A DNA stretch of 64,000 nucleotides from Acidimicrobiales bacterium (GCA_041394285.1 JAWKIL010000026.1:1763-65762); one strand, 5' to 3'. Positions 8,851 to 17,690 are shown, counted from the stretch's first letter. The notes: generated by a model not told the origin, from the sequence alone. Translations and numbers: made by a program.

Positions 8851-9528
8851 ATGATGGGAGACGACGCCGCACCCCTCGAGATCGCCTGGCTGGAGATCGC
8901 CGACCCACCCGAGCTGTGGCAGGACCTCGGCTTCGCGGTGGACGGCGACGGCCGATGCGTGATCGGATCGGTTGAGCATCGCCTGGTGGGCCCGCCCACC
9001 CAGGGTGAGCCGGGCGGGATCGTACGGTGGGCCGTGTTCGGCCCCGCCCCCGAGTTGGTGGGGCCCGACGGGATCGACGGCCTGCCCACCCTGCTGCTGG
9101 CCGACCCCTACCGGCCCGACGAGGCCCCCGAGCACCCCAACGGCGTGTTCCGCATCGATCACCTCGTCATCTCCACCTCCGACACGCCCCGCACGGCAGC
9201 CGAGCTCACCGCCGTGGGCCTGGGGCGACGGGGCGGCCGCACCACCAACTCGGCCGGCGACCACGTGGACATGACCTTCTTCTGGGCCGGCGACGTGCTG
9301 CTCGAGCTGTCGGGCCCGTCCACCCCCGCGCCCGACCCCGAACCGGCCCGCTTCCGGGGGGTCGCCTACGCCAGCCGCGACCTCGACGCCACGGTGGCCC
9401 TGCTGGCCGGGCGCACCACCGAGCCCCGCGACGCCGTGCAGCCCGGCCGCCGAATCGCCGCCCTCGTCGACGGGGCCGGCTCGACCCTGCCCCTGGCGTT
9501 CATGACGCCCCACGTCCGCAACCCCTGA
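8851..9528 (+). CDS. Glyoxalase-like / VOC-fold domain protein
   Basis: 225 aa. FRIDHLVISTSDTPRTAAELTAVGL and FFWAGDVLLELSGP resemble the glyoxalase-like domain. GC3 is high. Confidence 0.5.
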   Translation: MMGDDAAPLEIAWLEIADPPELWQDLGFAVDGDGRCVIGSVEHRLVGPPTQGEPGGIVRWAVFGPAPELVGPDGIDGLPTLLLADPYRPDEAPEHPNGVFRIDHLVISTSDTPRTAAELTAVGLGRRGGRTTNSAGDHVDMTFFWAGDVLLELSGPSTPAPDPEPARFRGVAYASRDLDATVALLAGRTTEPRDAVQPGRRIAALVDGAGSTLPLAFMTPHVRNP

Positions 9529-9581
9529 TCCCCGAACCTCCGATCCCGGATCCCGGGAACCCGACCGAGGAGCCGCAGAGC

Positions 9582-10559
9582 ATGGCCGCCCGTCCACCGT
9601 TCCTGCCCAACCCGCCCGGCTCGCTGCCACCGGGCCGGGTCGACTACCTGCCGATGATCGACCGACCCCCGATCACGTGGCCCGGCGGGGCCCGGGTGGC
9701 GTTCTGGATCGCCCCCAACGTGGAGCACTACGAGTACCTCCCGCCCCGCAACCCGGTGCGCAACCCCTGGGTCCGCAACCCCCATCCCGACGTCCAGGGG
9801 TACAGCCAGCGTGACTACGGCAACCGGGTGGGCTTCTGGCGGATGCTGGAGGTACTGGACAAGCACCACACCCGCTGCACCGTCTCGCTCAACCTGGCCG
9901 TGTTCGAGCACTTCCCGGAGATCGGAGCGGCGATGCTGGAGCGGAACTGGGAGGTGATGAGCCACGGCATCTACAACACCCGCTATCTGAACGGGATGAG
10001 CGAGGACGAGGAGCGGGCCTTCCTGGTCGACACGATCGAGACCACCCGCCGCCATACCGGCCTGCCGCTCAAGGGCATGCTGTCGCCGGCCGTGGGCAAC
10101 ACCCTGCTCACGCCCGACCTGATGGCCGAGGCCGGCCTGATCTACCACACCGACTGGATGCACGACGACCAGCCGGTGCCGATGCGGGTCCGTTCCGGCG
10201 CCCGGTTCGTGTCGGTGCCGTACTCCACCGAGCTGAACGACGTGCCGGTGTTCCTCAACCACTTCACCGGGGCCGACTTCGTGGCCATGGCCAAGGCCCA
10301 GTTCGACGTGCTGTACCGGGAGGGGGCCGACAGCGGCCGGGTGATGTGCCTGGCCATCCACCCCTACCTGATGGGCACCCCTCAGCGGGCCCGCCACCTG
10401 GAGGAGATCCTCGACCACGTGAACGCCCACGACGAGGTGTGGCACACCACGGCGGGCGAGATCACCGAGCACTTCCTCGAACACCACTACGACGACTTCG
10501 TGGACCACGCCGCCGCCCTGGAGGCAGTGTCCGGGCCCGGTCGGGGAGGGGCCCGCTGA
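9582..10559 (+). CDS. Polysaccharide deacetylase family protein, PuuE (allantoinase)-like subgroup
   Basis: Starts at MAARPPFLPN with a GAGGAG RBS about 8 nt upstream. The layout resembles PuuE-type enzymes (ITWPGGARVAFWIAPNVEHYE, YGNRVGFWRMLEVLDKH, SHGIYNTRYL, VPYSTELND, FDVLYREGA, LAIHPYLMG). Confidence 0.8.
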   Translation: MAARPPFLPNPPGSLPPGRVDYLPMIDRPPITWPGGARVAFWIAPNVEHYEYLPPRNPVRNPWVRNPHPDVQGYSQRDYGNRVGFWRMLEVLDKHHTRCTVSLNLAVFEHFPEIGAAMLERNWEVMSHGIYNTRYLNGMSEDEERAFLVDTIETTRRHTGLPLKGMLSPAVGNTLLTPDLMAEAGLIYHTDWMHDDQPVPMRVRSGARFVSVPYSTELNDVPVFLNHFTGADFVAMAKAQFDVLYREGADSGRVMCLAIHPYLMGTPQRARHLEEILDHVNAHDEVWHTTAGEITEHFLEHHYDDFVDHAAALEAVSGPGRGGAR

Positions 10560-11503
10560 TGCCGGCCGAGCGCAAGCCGGGGATGGACCATCCCCACTAC
10601 ACCTGGTCGCCCCTGCCGGCCCGGCCGCCGCTGCGGTGGCCCGGCGGCGCGCCGCTGGCCGTCGGGGCCATGGTGCTGCTGGAGCACTACGAATGGTCGC
10701 CGCCCGAGGGTTCCTACAGCCTGCGGTCGGCCTCGGGCGGCCTGATAAAGCTGCCCGAGCCCGACTACCTGCGCCTCACCCACCGGGAGTACGGGCACCG
10801 GGTGGGGATCTTCCGGATCCTCGACACCCTCGAGGCCCATGGGATCCCGCCCACGGTGGCCGTCGACGAGCTGACCGCCGTCCACTACCCCTGGCTGGTC
10901 GACCACTGCGTGGGCCGGGGCGCGGAGCTGGTGGCCCACGGCGTGGCCGCCAGCCGGTTGATCACCTCGCGCATGAGTGAAGACGAGGAGCTCGACACGA
11001 TCGCCCGCTCGATCGAGGCCATCACCCGAGCCACCGGCTCGGCCCCGGCCGGCTGGTTCGGGCCCGAGGGGGTGGAGTCGGCCCGGACCCCGGCCCTGCT
11101 GGCCTCGGCCGGCATCCGCTATGTGTGCGACTGGCCCAACGACGAACAGCCCTACGCCATGACCGTGCCCCAGGGGGAGCTGACGGCCCTACCCCTGTAC
11201 CTGGAGGCCGACGACGAGCAGGCGCTGTGGACCCGACGGATGCGGCTGGACGACTGGCACGATCTGGTGGTCGAGTCGGCCGAGCGCCTCTGGGTCGACG
11301 GGGGAGGGGCCGACGGTGGGGTCAGCGGTGGGGCCGGCGCCGGCCGGCATCTCATGCTCACCCTGCGGCCGTGGCTGACCGGCCAGCCGTTCCGGATGCC
11401 GACGCTGGAGCGGATCCTGACCGGCATCGACGAGCTTGGCCCGCTGTTCAAGGCGTCGGGTTCCGGGATCGTCGAGGCCTACCGGGCTGAGCTAACGTCG
11501 TAG
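10559..11503 (+). CDS. Polysaccharide deacetylase family protein, second PuuE-like paralogue
   Basis: The ATG overlaps the upstream TGA (TGATG). It has the same motif order (LRWPGGAPLAV, YGHRVGIFRILDTLEAHG, AHGVAASRLI, LPLYLEADD, LTLRPWLTG). Confidence 0.8.
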   Translation: MPAERKPGMDHPHYTWSPLPARPPLRWPGGAPLAVGAMVLLEHYEWSPPEGSYSLRSASGGLIKLPEPDYLRLTHREYGHRVGIFRILDTLEAHGIPPTVAVDELTAVHYPWLVDHCVGRGAELVAHGVAASRLITSRMSEDEELDTIARSIEAITRATGSAPAGWFGPEGVESARTPALLASAGIRYVCDWPNDEQPYAMTVPQGELTALPLYLEADDEQALWTRRMRLDDWHDLVVESAERLWVDGGGADGGVSGGAGAGRHLMLTLRPWLTGQPFRMPTLERILTGIDELGPLFKASGSGIVEAYRAELTS

Positions 11504-11548
11504 GTCTGAGGGGGCCCTCCACGCCCCCGCTCCCAGGGGGACACCGAC

Positions 11549-11959
11549 ATGAGCATCGACAGCGAGCCCACCACGACCCAGAGCGAGCTGCTGGTGCAGC
11601 ACGCCGCCGACGCCGTCTACGCCCACACCGGGCGCCGGGCGTTCTTCGAGTACCGGGAGACCGGGCTGAAGGAAGCGACCGACAGTCGCTACCGCAGCCA
11701 GATCATGCGGGCCACCGACGTGATGGAGCAGACCGGCTGGCACTACCACGTGTGTGACCTCCAGTTCGTGTACGTGATCAAGGGCTGGGTGGACCTCGAG
11801 TTCGAGGGCGGCCGCACCGAGCGGGTGTCGGCCGGCGACGTCCTGTCGATCCCCAGCGGCCTGATCCACAACGAGCTGGCCGTGTCGGAGGACTTCGAGG
11901 CCCTCGAGGTGGTGTCGCCGGCCCAGATGGACACGGTGCCGGTCGACGCCCCGGCCTGA
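11549..11959 (+). CDS. Cupin domain protein
   Basis: 136 aa with a cupin core: WHYHVCDLQFVYVIKGWVDLEFEGG...VSAGDVLSIPSGLIHNE. Confidence 0.75.
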   Translation: MSIDSEPTTTQSELLVQHAADAVYAHTGRRAFFEYRETGLKEATDSRYRSQIMRATDVMEQTGWHYHVCDLQFVYVIKGWVDLEFEGGRTERVSAGDVLSIPSGLIHNELAVSEDFEALEVVSPAQMDTVPVDAPA

Positions 11960-11970
11960 CGACCCGGGCC

Positions 11971-12017
11971 GAACTCTGACCGGGCGTGACGCCGGGCGAC
12001 ATCCGGTGTCAGAGTTC
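11971..12017. repeat. 47-nt palindromic intergenic element, subfamily A (GAWCTCTGAC-N27-GTCAGAGTTC)
   Basis: gaactctgac...gtcagagttc forms a 10-nt perfect inverted-repeat pair. It ends 4 nt before the amidase ATG. Homologous elements are at 57925-57971 and 59121-59167. Confidence 0.75.
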
Positions 12018-12021
12018 CCAG

Positions 12022-13575
12022 ATGCGAGTGGAGGAGTACGCCGAGCGTTCGGCGGTGGAGCTGGCCGGCCTGGTGGCCGCCGGTGAGGTGACGGCGGCTG
12101 AGCTGACGGCGCTGGCCCTGGAGGCGGCGGCCCGGGTGGACCCCGGGCTGAACGCCGCCGTCGAGATCTACGACGACGCCGCCGACCGGGCCGCGGCGCT
12201 CGATGCCGCCCTCGCCCGGGCCACGGCCGAGGGCGCTACCGCCCCACCCCTGGCCGGTGTGCCGTTCTTCCGCAAGGACATCGGCGCCCCCGAGGCGGGC
12301 AAGCGCACCGAGCTGGGGAGCCGTCTGGCCGAGGGCCTCGTCACCCACCGCGACAGCCATCTCACCACCGCCTTCAAGGACGCGGGACTGGTGATCATCG
12401 GCCGCTCGGCCACCTCGGAGATGGGGGCCTACGGCACGGTGGAGAGCGCGGCCCGGGGCACCACGGCCAGCCCCTGGCACCCGGAGCGGACGCCGGGCGG
12501 CTCGTCGGGCGGGTCGGCCGCCCTGGTGGCGTCGGGTGTGGTGCCGGTGGCCCACGCCAACGACGGCGCCGGCTCGATCCGCATCCCGGCCAGCTGCTGC
12601 GGACTGGTGGGCCTCAAGCCGTCCCGGGGCCGGGTGTCGGCCGGGCCCGGCGCCGGGGAGCCCAACTACGGCGGCTCGGTGCAGCTCGTGGTGACTCGCA
12701 CCGTGGCCGACACGGCGGCGGCCCTCGACGCCGTGGCCGGGCCCCGCCCCGGCGACCCGTTCACCATCCCCGCGCCACCCGAGCCGTTCGCCGCCACCGC
12801 GGCCGCCCCGTTCGCCACGGCGCTGCCCTCGCCGTCGGCACCGACCCTGGGTGGGGCGGCGCCGGGGGAGCGGCCGGTGCGGATCGGAGCCACGATCGAC
12901 GCCTGGGGTCCGGGCCCGGTCGACGCCCAGGTGGCGGCGGCCGTGATCCGCACCGCCGAGGCACTGGAGCTGGTGGGCCATTCGGTGGAGTGGGAGCGGT
13001 TCCCGTTCGACTACGAGATGTTCGAGCCGGCCTTCGTGGACCTGTGGGCCGTGGGCGTGGCCGGCGGCATCGCCGCCGTTGGGGAGCGGATGCACCGTCC
13101 GCTCACGGCCGAGTTCCTGGAGCCGGTGACGTTGGCCTGGATCGAGGTGTGCGACCGGTTGCGGGCGGTGGACGTGTCCCACGCGCTCGACACGGTCAAC
13201 CGCATGGCCCGCCGGGTAGGGGCGTGGTTCCAGCGCTACGACGTGCTGCTGGTGCCCACGCTGGCCCAGCTCCCGCCGCGGTTCGGCCAGATCGACGGGA
13301 ACCATCCGGGCATGGCGGCGATCGACAACGCCCGCGCCCTGCTGAGGGTGAACCCCTACTGCCCCCTGTTCAACCTGACCGGGCAGCCGGCGCTGACCCT
13401 GCCGCTGGGGCAGTCGGTCGAGGGGCTGCCCATCGGGGTGCAGCTGGTGGGCCGGCACGCCGAGGAGTCGCTGTTGCTGGCCCTGGGGGCCCAGCTGGAG
13501 CAGGCCCTGCCGTGGGCCGACCGGCGGCCGCCCGTGCATGTCGCGGTCGCCGGGCCGGCACCCGCCGGCGGCTGA
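12022..13575 (+). CDS. Amidase (amidase-signature family)
   Basis: Amidase-signature motif GGSSGGSAALVASG plus NDGAGSIRIPASCCGLVGLKPSRG. Start taken at the ATG MRVEEYAERS; the listed 11986 start lies inside the repeat element. Confidence 0.85.
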   Translation: MRVEEYAERSAVELAGLVAAGEVTAAELTALALEAAARVDPGLNAAVEIYDDAADRAAALDAALARATAEGATAPPLAGVPFFRKDIGAPEAGKRTELGSRLAEGLVTHRDSHLTTAFKDAGLVIIGRSATSEMGAYGTVESAARGTTASPWHPERTPGGSSGGSAALVASGVVPVAHANDGAGSIRIPASCCGLVGLKPSRGRVSAGPGAGEPNYGGSVQLVVTRTVADTAAALDAVAGPRPGDPFTIPAPPEPFAATAAAPFATALPSPSAPTLGGAAPGERPVRIGATIDAWGPGPVDAQVAAAVIRTAEALELVGHSVEWERFPFDYEMFEPAFVDLWAVGVAGGIAAVGERMHRPLTAEFLEPVTLAWIEVCDRLRAVDVSHALDTVNRMARRVGAWFQRYDVLLVPTLAQLPPRFGQIDGNHPGMAAIDNARALLRVNPYCPLFNLTGQPALTLPLGQSVEGLPIGVQLVGRHAEESLLLALGAQLEQALPWADRRPPVHVAVAGPAPAGG

Positions 13576-13677
13576 CCAGCCTTCCGGGCGTCGTCGCCGA
13601 GCGCGGCGGGTTCAGCTGGCGGGTGGCGGCGGTTCCACCGACCAGTCGCTAGGGGTGCTGCCCGTGTCGCCCGGCGT

Positions 13678-14568
13678 TCAGCTGGCGGGTGGCGGCGGGG
13701 GCGGGTCGAACGGCACCGCGGCCGGCGGCGCGGCCTCGGGGTCGTACCGGGGATCGGCGGCCGGGGTCGACCAGGTGTCAGCGGCCGCCCCGGGTGCCGT
13801 CACCGTCCACGGATCGGCGGGGGCGGGGCCGGCGGCGTCGGGGGTCGGCCCGGAGGCGGTGACGGCCCACGGGTCGGCGGTGGGGGAGCCGGGCGCGGCG
13901 GCGGCCGGCATCTTCCGGCGTTGCTGGAACACCAGGATGGTGGCGCCGACGGCGGCCGCCACGGCCAGCCCCAGGCCCACCAGGGTGAAACGGGCGCTGC
14001 CGCTGGCGCCGCCCTCGGCCCGGGCCACCGTCTCGAAGTCGACCACGTCGCCCAGCTCCGGGGTCCAGGTCACGGTGTTGCCGTCGATGTCGCCGGTGGA
14101 CGACACGATCTCACCGGGGAAGGTCAGCGCGATCCGCACCTCGAAGCTGTCGGCCGGCACCGAGCCGTCGCCGCCCAACGCCGAGTCGCTGAAGTCGAGC
14201 GAGCCGGTGACGTGGAAGGTGTCGCCCTCGCGCTCGATCTGCAGGTCGTCGTCGCCGCTGCCGGTATCGAGCTCGTCGAGCCGTGCCCCGTCCAGCGTGT
14301 AGGTCTGACCCACGAATCTGGCGTCCTCGTAGGGCTCGACGCTCACGTGGTCGCCCTCGGGTACGCCGCCTGTCTCGCCCAGGGCGTCCTCGGCCGTGGC
14401 CCCCACCATCTCCAGCAGCGACTTGTCGAAGGCCACGGTCACCGTGCCGTCGACCGTGTTGTCGCTGTTGATCGTGAGGTCCTCGTCGAGCTTCACGCAA
14501 CCGGTCAGGGCCAGTGTCGCCGCCAGCGCAGCGGCAACCGTGAGCATGCGGGTCCTGGGTCGTCCCAT
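13678..14568 (-). CDS. Lipoprotein with C-terminal TM anchor and Pro-rich tail (LppM/DUF3153-like)
   Basis: Signal peptide plus lipobox (AATLALTGC), then INSDNTVDGTVTVAFDK. A C-terminal hydrophobic stretch LVGLGLAVAAAVGATILVF is followed by a Pro/Ala-rich tail. Confidence 0.6.
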   Translation of the reverse strand: MGRPRTRMLTVAAALAATLALTGCVKLDEDLTINSDNTVDGTVTVAFDKSLLEMVGATAEDALGETGGVPEGDHVSVEPYEDARFVGQTYTLDGARLDELDTGSGDDDLQIEREGDTFHVTGSLDFSDSALGGDGSVPADSFEVRIALTFPGEIVSSTGDIDGNTVTWTPELGDVVDFETVARAEGGASGSARFTLVGLGLAVAAAVGATILVFQQRRKMPAAAAPGSPTADPWAVTASGPTPDAAGPAPADPWTVTAPGAAADTWSTPAADPRYDPEAAPPAAVPFDPPPPPPAS

Positions 14569-14733
14569 CGGTTCTCTCCCTTTGGTCGGCGCCCCGGGCG
14601 CGATCGGCCGGCGCCACCGTGCTCCGTCGGGCGGGCGCCGTCGTTGTTGAGGCCGGCGGCCGTGGACCCCGACCGCCCGGTCCCCGACCGCTAGGCTCCG
14701 GCTCAGCGGTCAGTGGGACGAGGAGGGGAAACG

Positions 14734-15849
14734 ATGGCCAGGGTGGAGCGGACGTTCGTGGGGTTGCCCTCGCCGGTGGTGGGGCGGGCCGGCGCCGGCG
14801 GCCACCCCTGCCAGGGGATCTGGCACACCCCGGCTGGCACCCAGCCCCGGATCGGCTTCATCGCCACCCACTACAACGTCGACTTCTCCGAGCACTACCT
14901 CGGTTCCTACCTGGCCGAGCGGGGCTACGGGTTCCTCGGTTGGAACACCCGGTTCCGGGGCGACGAGCGGACCTTCCTGCTCGACCACGCCGTGGCCGAG
15001 ATCGGGGTGGGCGTGCGGTGGATGAAGGAGGAGGCGGGTGTCGACACCGTGGTGCTGGTGGGCAACTCGGGCGGCGGCTCCCTCATGGGGGCGTACCACT
15101 CCCAGGCGGTGGAGCCCAACATCACCCCCACCATCGGGATGCCGGCGCTGCCCGCCATCGAGGGCCTGATCCCCGGCGACCTGTACGTGTTCGTCTCCGC
15201 CCATCCGGGGCGCCCCGAGATCTTCACCAACTGGATGGACGCCGCCGTGCTCGACGAGATGGACCCGGTGGCCACCGATCCGTCGCTCGACGTGTTCAAC
15301 CCCGACAACGGCCCGCCGTTCAGCGCCGAGTTCGTGGCCCGGGTGCGGGCGGCCCAGCGGGCCCGCAACGAGCGGATCACGGCCTGGGCCCTGGACGAGC
15401 TGGAGCGGTGCGCCGCCGCCGGGTACCGGGACCGGTTGTTCGTGACGAACCGGGTGTGGGCCGATCCCCGCTTCGTCGACCCCGAGCTCGACCCCAACAA
15501 CCGGCCGCCCAACTCCTGCTACATGGGCGACCCGGCCCGGGCCAACCGCAACATCTACGGGGTGGGGCTGGTGTCGTCGCTGAGGACGTGGCTGTCGATG
15601 TGGAGCCTGGAGCACAGCCAGTGCCAGGCCGCCCCCCACCTGGCCCGGCTCCACGTACCGACCCTGCTGATCGACGCCGACGCCGACTCGGGCGTCTTCC
15701 CCTCCGACGCCGACGCCATCCTCGGGGCCGTGGCCGCCACCGACAAGACCCGGGTCACGATCGGCGGCGACCACTACTTCCGGCAGCCCGACGGTGCCCG
15801 GGACCGGGTGGCCGACACCATCGCCGACTGGGTCGCCGCCCGCACCTGA
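14734..15849 (+). CDS. Alpha/beta hydrolase fold protein
   Basis: The ATG at 14734 is preceded by GGAGGGG. GNSGGG is a nucleophile-elbow-like motif. The listed GTG at 14713 is less likely. Confidence 0.7.
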   Translation: MARVERTFVGLPSPVVGRAGAGGHPCQGIWHTPAGTQPRIGFIATHYNVDFSEHYLGSYLAERGYGFLGWNTRFRGDERTFLLDHAVAEIGVGVRWMKEEAGVDTVVLVGNSGGGSLMGAYHSQAVEPNITPTIGMPALPAIEGLIPGDLYVFVSAHPGRPEIFTNWMDAAVLDEMDPVATDPSLDVFNPDNGPPFSAEFVARVRAAQRARNERITAWALDELERCAAAGYRDRLFVTNRVWADPRFVDPELDPNNRPPNSCYMGDPARANRNIYGVGLVSSLRTWLSMWSLEHSQCQAAPHLARLHVPTLLIDADADSGVFPSDADAILGAVAATDKTRVTIGGDHYFRQPDGARDRVADTIADWVAART

Positions 15850-15852
15850 TCC

Positions 15853-15958
15853 GATCTGATGCCCCGGGCCGCCACGGGTACGCCCGGGGGCATGAGATCG
15901 GGGTTGCCGTGATCTGATGCCCCGGGCCGCCACGGGTGACGCCCGGGGGCATGAGATC
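15853..15958. repeat. Two tandem 47/48-nt palindromic elements, subfamily B (GATCTGATGCCCCGGGC...GCCCGGGGGCATGAGATC), period 58
   Basis: Copies at 15853-15899 and 15911-15958, each with an 11-12-bp stem, between convergent genes (stops at 15849 and 15969). Confidence 0.8.
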
Positions 15959-15968
15959 GGGGCGTCGG

Positions 15969-16619
15969 TCAGCGGTCGCCCTGCATGGAGATCGTGCCCA
16001 TCACGTCGTGCTCGCCCTCGCCGGGGGCGGCGATCTCCACGATGCGCTCGTCGACGTCGTCGTACTCCAGCCGTAGCGTGCGGCACAGGGTGGCGTGGAG
16101 CTGGTAGCTGGCGATGGCGTAGGCCAGCTCGATGATGGCCGGCTCCTCCAGATGGGCGGCCAGGGCGGCGAAGGTGGCGTCCTGGACGCGACCCCGGCCC
16201 AGCACCATCTCGTCGGTGAAGGCCAGCACGGCCCGCTCCTCGGCCGACCACAGGCCCGGGTCGGCGGCCGACCAGGCGGGCACGGCGGCCAGCTGGTCCT
16301 GGTGGACCCCCACCCGGCGGGCGGCCTTGCAGTGCTGGGAGAACACGAACTGGCTCCCGGCGGCGAACCCGGTGCGGGTCAGGGCCAGCTCCCGCAGCTT
16401 GGCCGGCAGGATCCGCTTCGGATCGTTGAACAGGGCGAACCCGGCCACCATGTGGTCGAGCAGCTCGGGGGTCTGGGCGAACACGGTCCACCAGTTCCCC
16501 GGGGTCCCGGTGGCGGTGCCGGGTTCGGCCACCGGGTCCCGGTCGCCGAACAGCCGCTCGTAGATCGGGACCACCGAATCGGGCGCTTCGCTCTTGGAGA
16601 TCTGTCGTGTCCGGGTCAT
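15969..16619 (-). CDS. Carboxymuconolactone decarboxylase (AhpD-like) family protein
   Basis: Starts at MTRTRQISKSE. KLRELALTRTGFAAGSQFVFSQHCKAARRVG is typical of the CMD/AhpD-like fold. The rest of the 429-aa listed ORF is out-of-frame run-on. Confidence 0.75.
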   Translation of the reverse strand: MTRTRQISKSEAPDSVVPIYERLFGDRDPVAEPGTATGTPGNWWTVFAQTPELLDHMVAGFALFNDPKRILPAKLRELALTRTGFAAGSQFVFSQHCKAARRVGVHQDQLAAVPAWSAADPGLWSAEERAVLAFTDEMVLGRGRVQDATFAALAAHLEEPAIIELAYAIASYQLHATLCRTLRLEYDDVDERIVEIAAPGEGEHDVMGTISMQGDR

Positions 16620-16670
16620 GGCGCATACTGTAAGACGAACGGAAGCAACGAGCAGAAGGGGGCCCGTTCC

Positions 16671-17234
16671 ATGCCCACCAACACCGAGTTCGAGTTCCGG
16701 GGCTACAACCACCTGGCCCTGGTGTGCAAGGACATGGCCCGCACGGTCGACTTCTACACCAACGTGCTGGGCATGCCGCTGATCAAGACGCTGGAGATCC
16801 CGGGCGGGGCCCAGCACTTCTTCTTCGACTGCGGCAACGGCGACTCGCTCGCCTTCTTCTGGTTCCCCGGCGCCCCGGAAGCCGCCCCGGGCATCGCCGG
16901 GGCCAAGGACCTCCCCGGCCAGGGCTCGATCATCTCGGCCCACGGCTCGATGAACCACGTGGCGTTCGACGTGCCGGCCGACAAGTTCGACGCTTACGTG
17001 GACAAGCTCCGGGCCAAGGGCGTGGAGACGAGCCCCGTGGTCAACCACGACGACAGCGAGACCACGGTCTCCCGGGAGCTGCACCCTGGCGTGTTCGTGC
17101 GCTCCGTCTACTTCCGCGACCCCGACGGCATCCTGCTCGAGTTCGCCACCTGGACCAAGACCTTCGGCCCGGAAGACACAAGGCACGCGCCGGCCAACGC
17201 CGAGGGCGAGCGCGTGGCGCTCTCGGTCGACTGA
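16671..17234 (+). CDS. VOC (glyoxalase/bleomycin resistance/dioxygenase) family protein
   Basis: Starts at MPTNTEFEFRGYNHLALVCKDMARTVDFYTNVLGMPL and continues to NHVAFDV...YFRDPDGILLEF. Confidence 0.8.
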   Translation: MPTNTEFEFRGYNHLALVCKDMARTVDFYTNVLGMPLIKTLEIPGGAQHFFFDCGNGDSLAFFWFPGAPEAAPGIAGAKDLPGQGSIISAHGSMNHVAFDVPADKFDAYVDKLRAKGVETSPVVNHDDSETTVSRELHPGVFVRSVYFRDPDGILLEFATWTKTFGPEDTRHAPANAEGERVALSVD

Positions 17235-17241
17235 GCGGCCG

Positions 17242-17619
17242 GTGCTGGTCACCCGCATCTACACCGGGACCGACGAGCGCTCCCATTTCGAGGAGCTCGA
17301 CCTCCCGCTCAACGTGACCGACCTGGGGGCGATGTCGTCACCCATCCCCACCGAGTCGGTGTTCATCCGGTCCACGGCCGAAGCCGGGCCCGAGGTCTAC
17401 GACTTCCACGTGGCTCCCCGGCGCCAGTTCGTGGTCCACGTGCAGGGGGCCACCGAGATCGAGGTCGCCGACGGCGAGCGCCGCACGTTCGGCCCGGGCA
17501 GCATCCTGTTGGCCGACGACCTCACCGGCCAGGGCCATGTCAGCCGGGAGGTGGAGGGGCCCCGGCTGCAGATCTTCTGCGTGCTGGCCGACGCCGTCGA
17601 CCTCGACCGCTGGCGCTGA
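17242..17619 (+). CDS. Hypothetical protein, possibly a small cupin-like fold
   Basis: 125 aa with a GTG start 8 nt after the upstream stop and high GC3. No diagnostic motif was recognised. Confidence 0.5.
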   Translation: MLVTRIYTGTDERSHFEELDLPLNVTDLGAMSSPIPTESVFIRSTAEAGPEVYDFHVAPRRQFVVHVQGATEIEVADGERRTFGPGSILLADDLTGQGHVSREVEGPRLQIFCVLADAVDLDRWR

Positions 17620-17640
17620 ACCCCGGAGCGAGCCGAAAAA

Positions 17641-17677
17641 AGGAGCCTGAGCGGCGCTGAGCGCCACTCAGGCTCCT
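17641..17677 (-). terminator. Second copy of the 37-nt hairpin; on the minus strand it is followed by TTTTTT, a canonical intrinsic terminator for the dienelactone hydrolase gene
   Basis: aggagcctgagcggcgc-tga-gcgccactcaggctcct (16/17 bp) is preceded by gaaaaa on the plus strand and lies between convergent genes. Confidence 0.7.
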
Positions 17678-17690
17678 CAGAACGGGCGAT

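Noticed and set aside
8583-9089. Pro-rich 168-aa ORF (and ORF 5805..6062) as repeat-containing proteins
   Set aside because: They are translations of the intergenic tandem repeats on the opposite or arbitrary frame, with no start context, and they overlap the better-supported VOC gene.
6157-9630. Very long ORFs (1157 aa on the minus strand, 894 aa on the plus strand at 6291..8975) overlapping the CoxL-like gene
   Set aside because: Their composition is dominated by Arg, Gly, Pro and Ala, with no recognisable domains. These are typical shadow frames of high-GC DNA, which has few stop codons. The 812-aa frame has clear family motifs.
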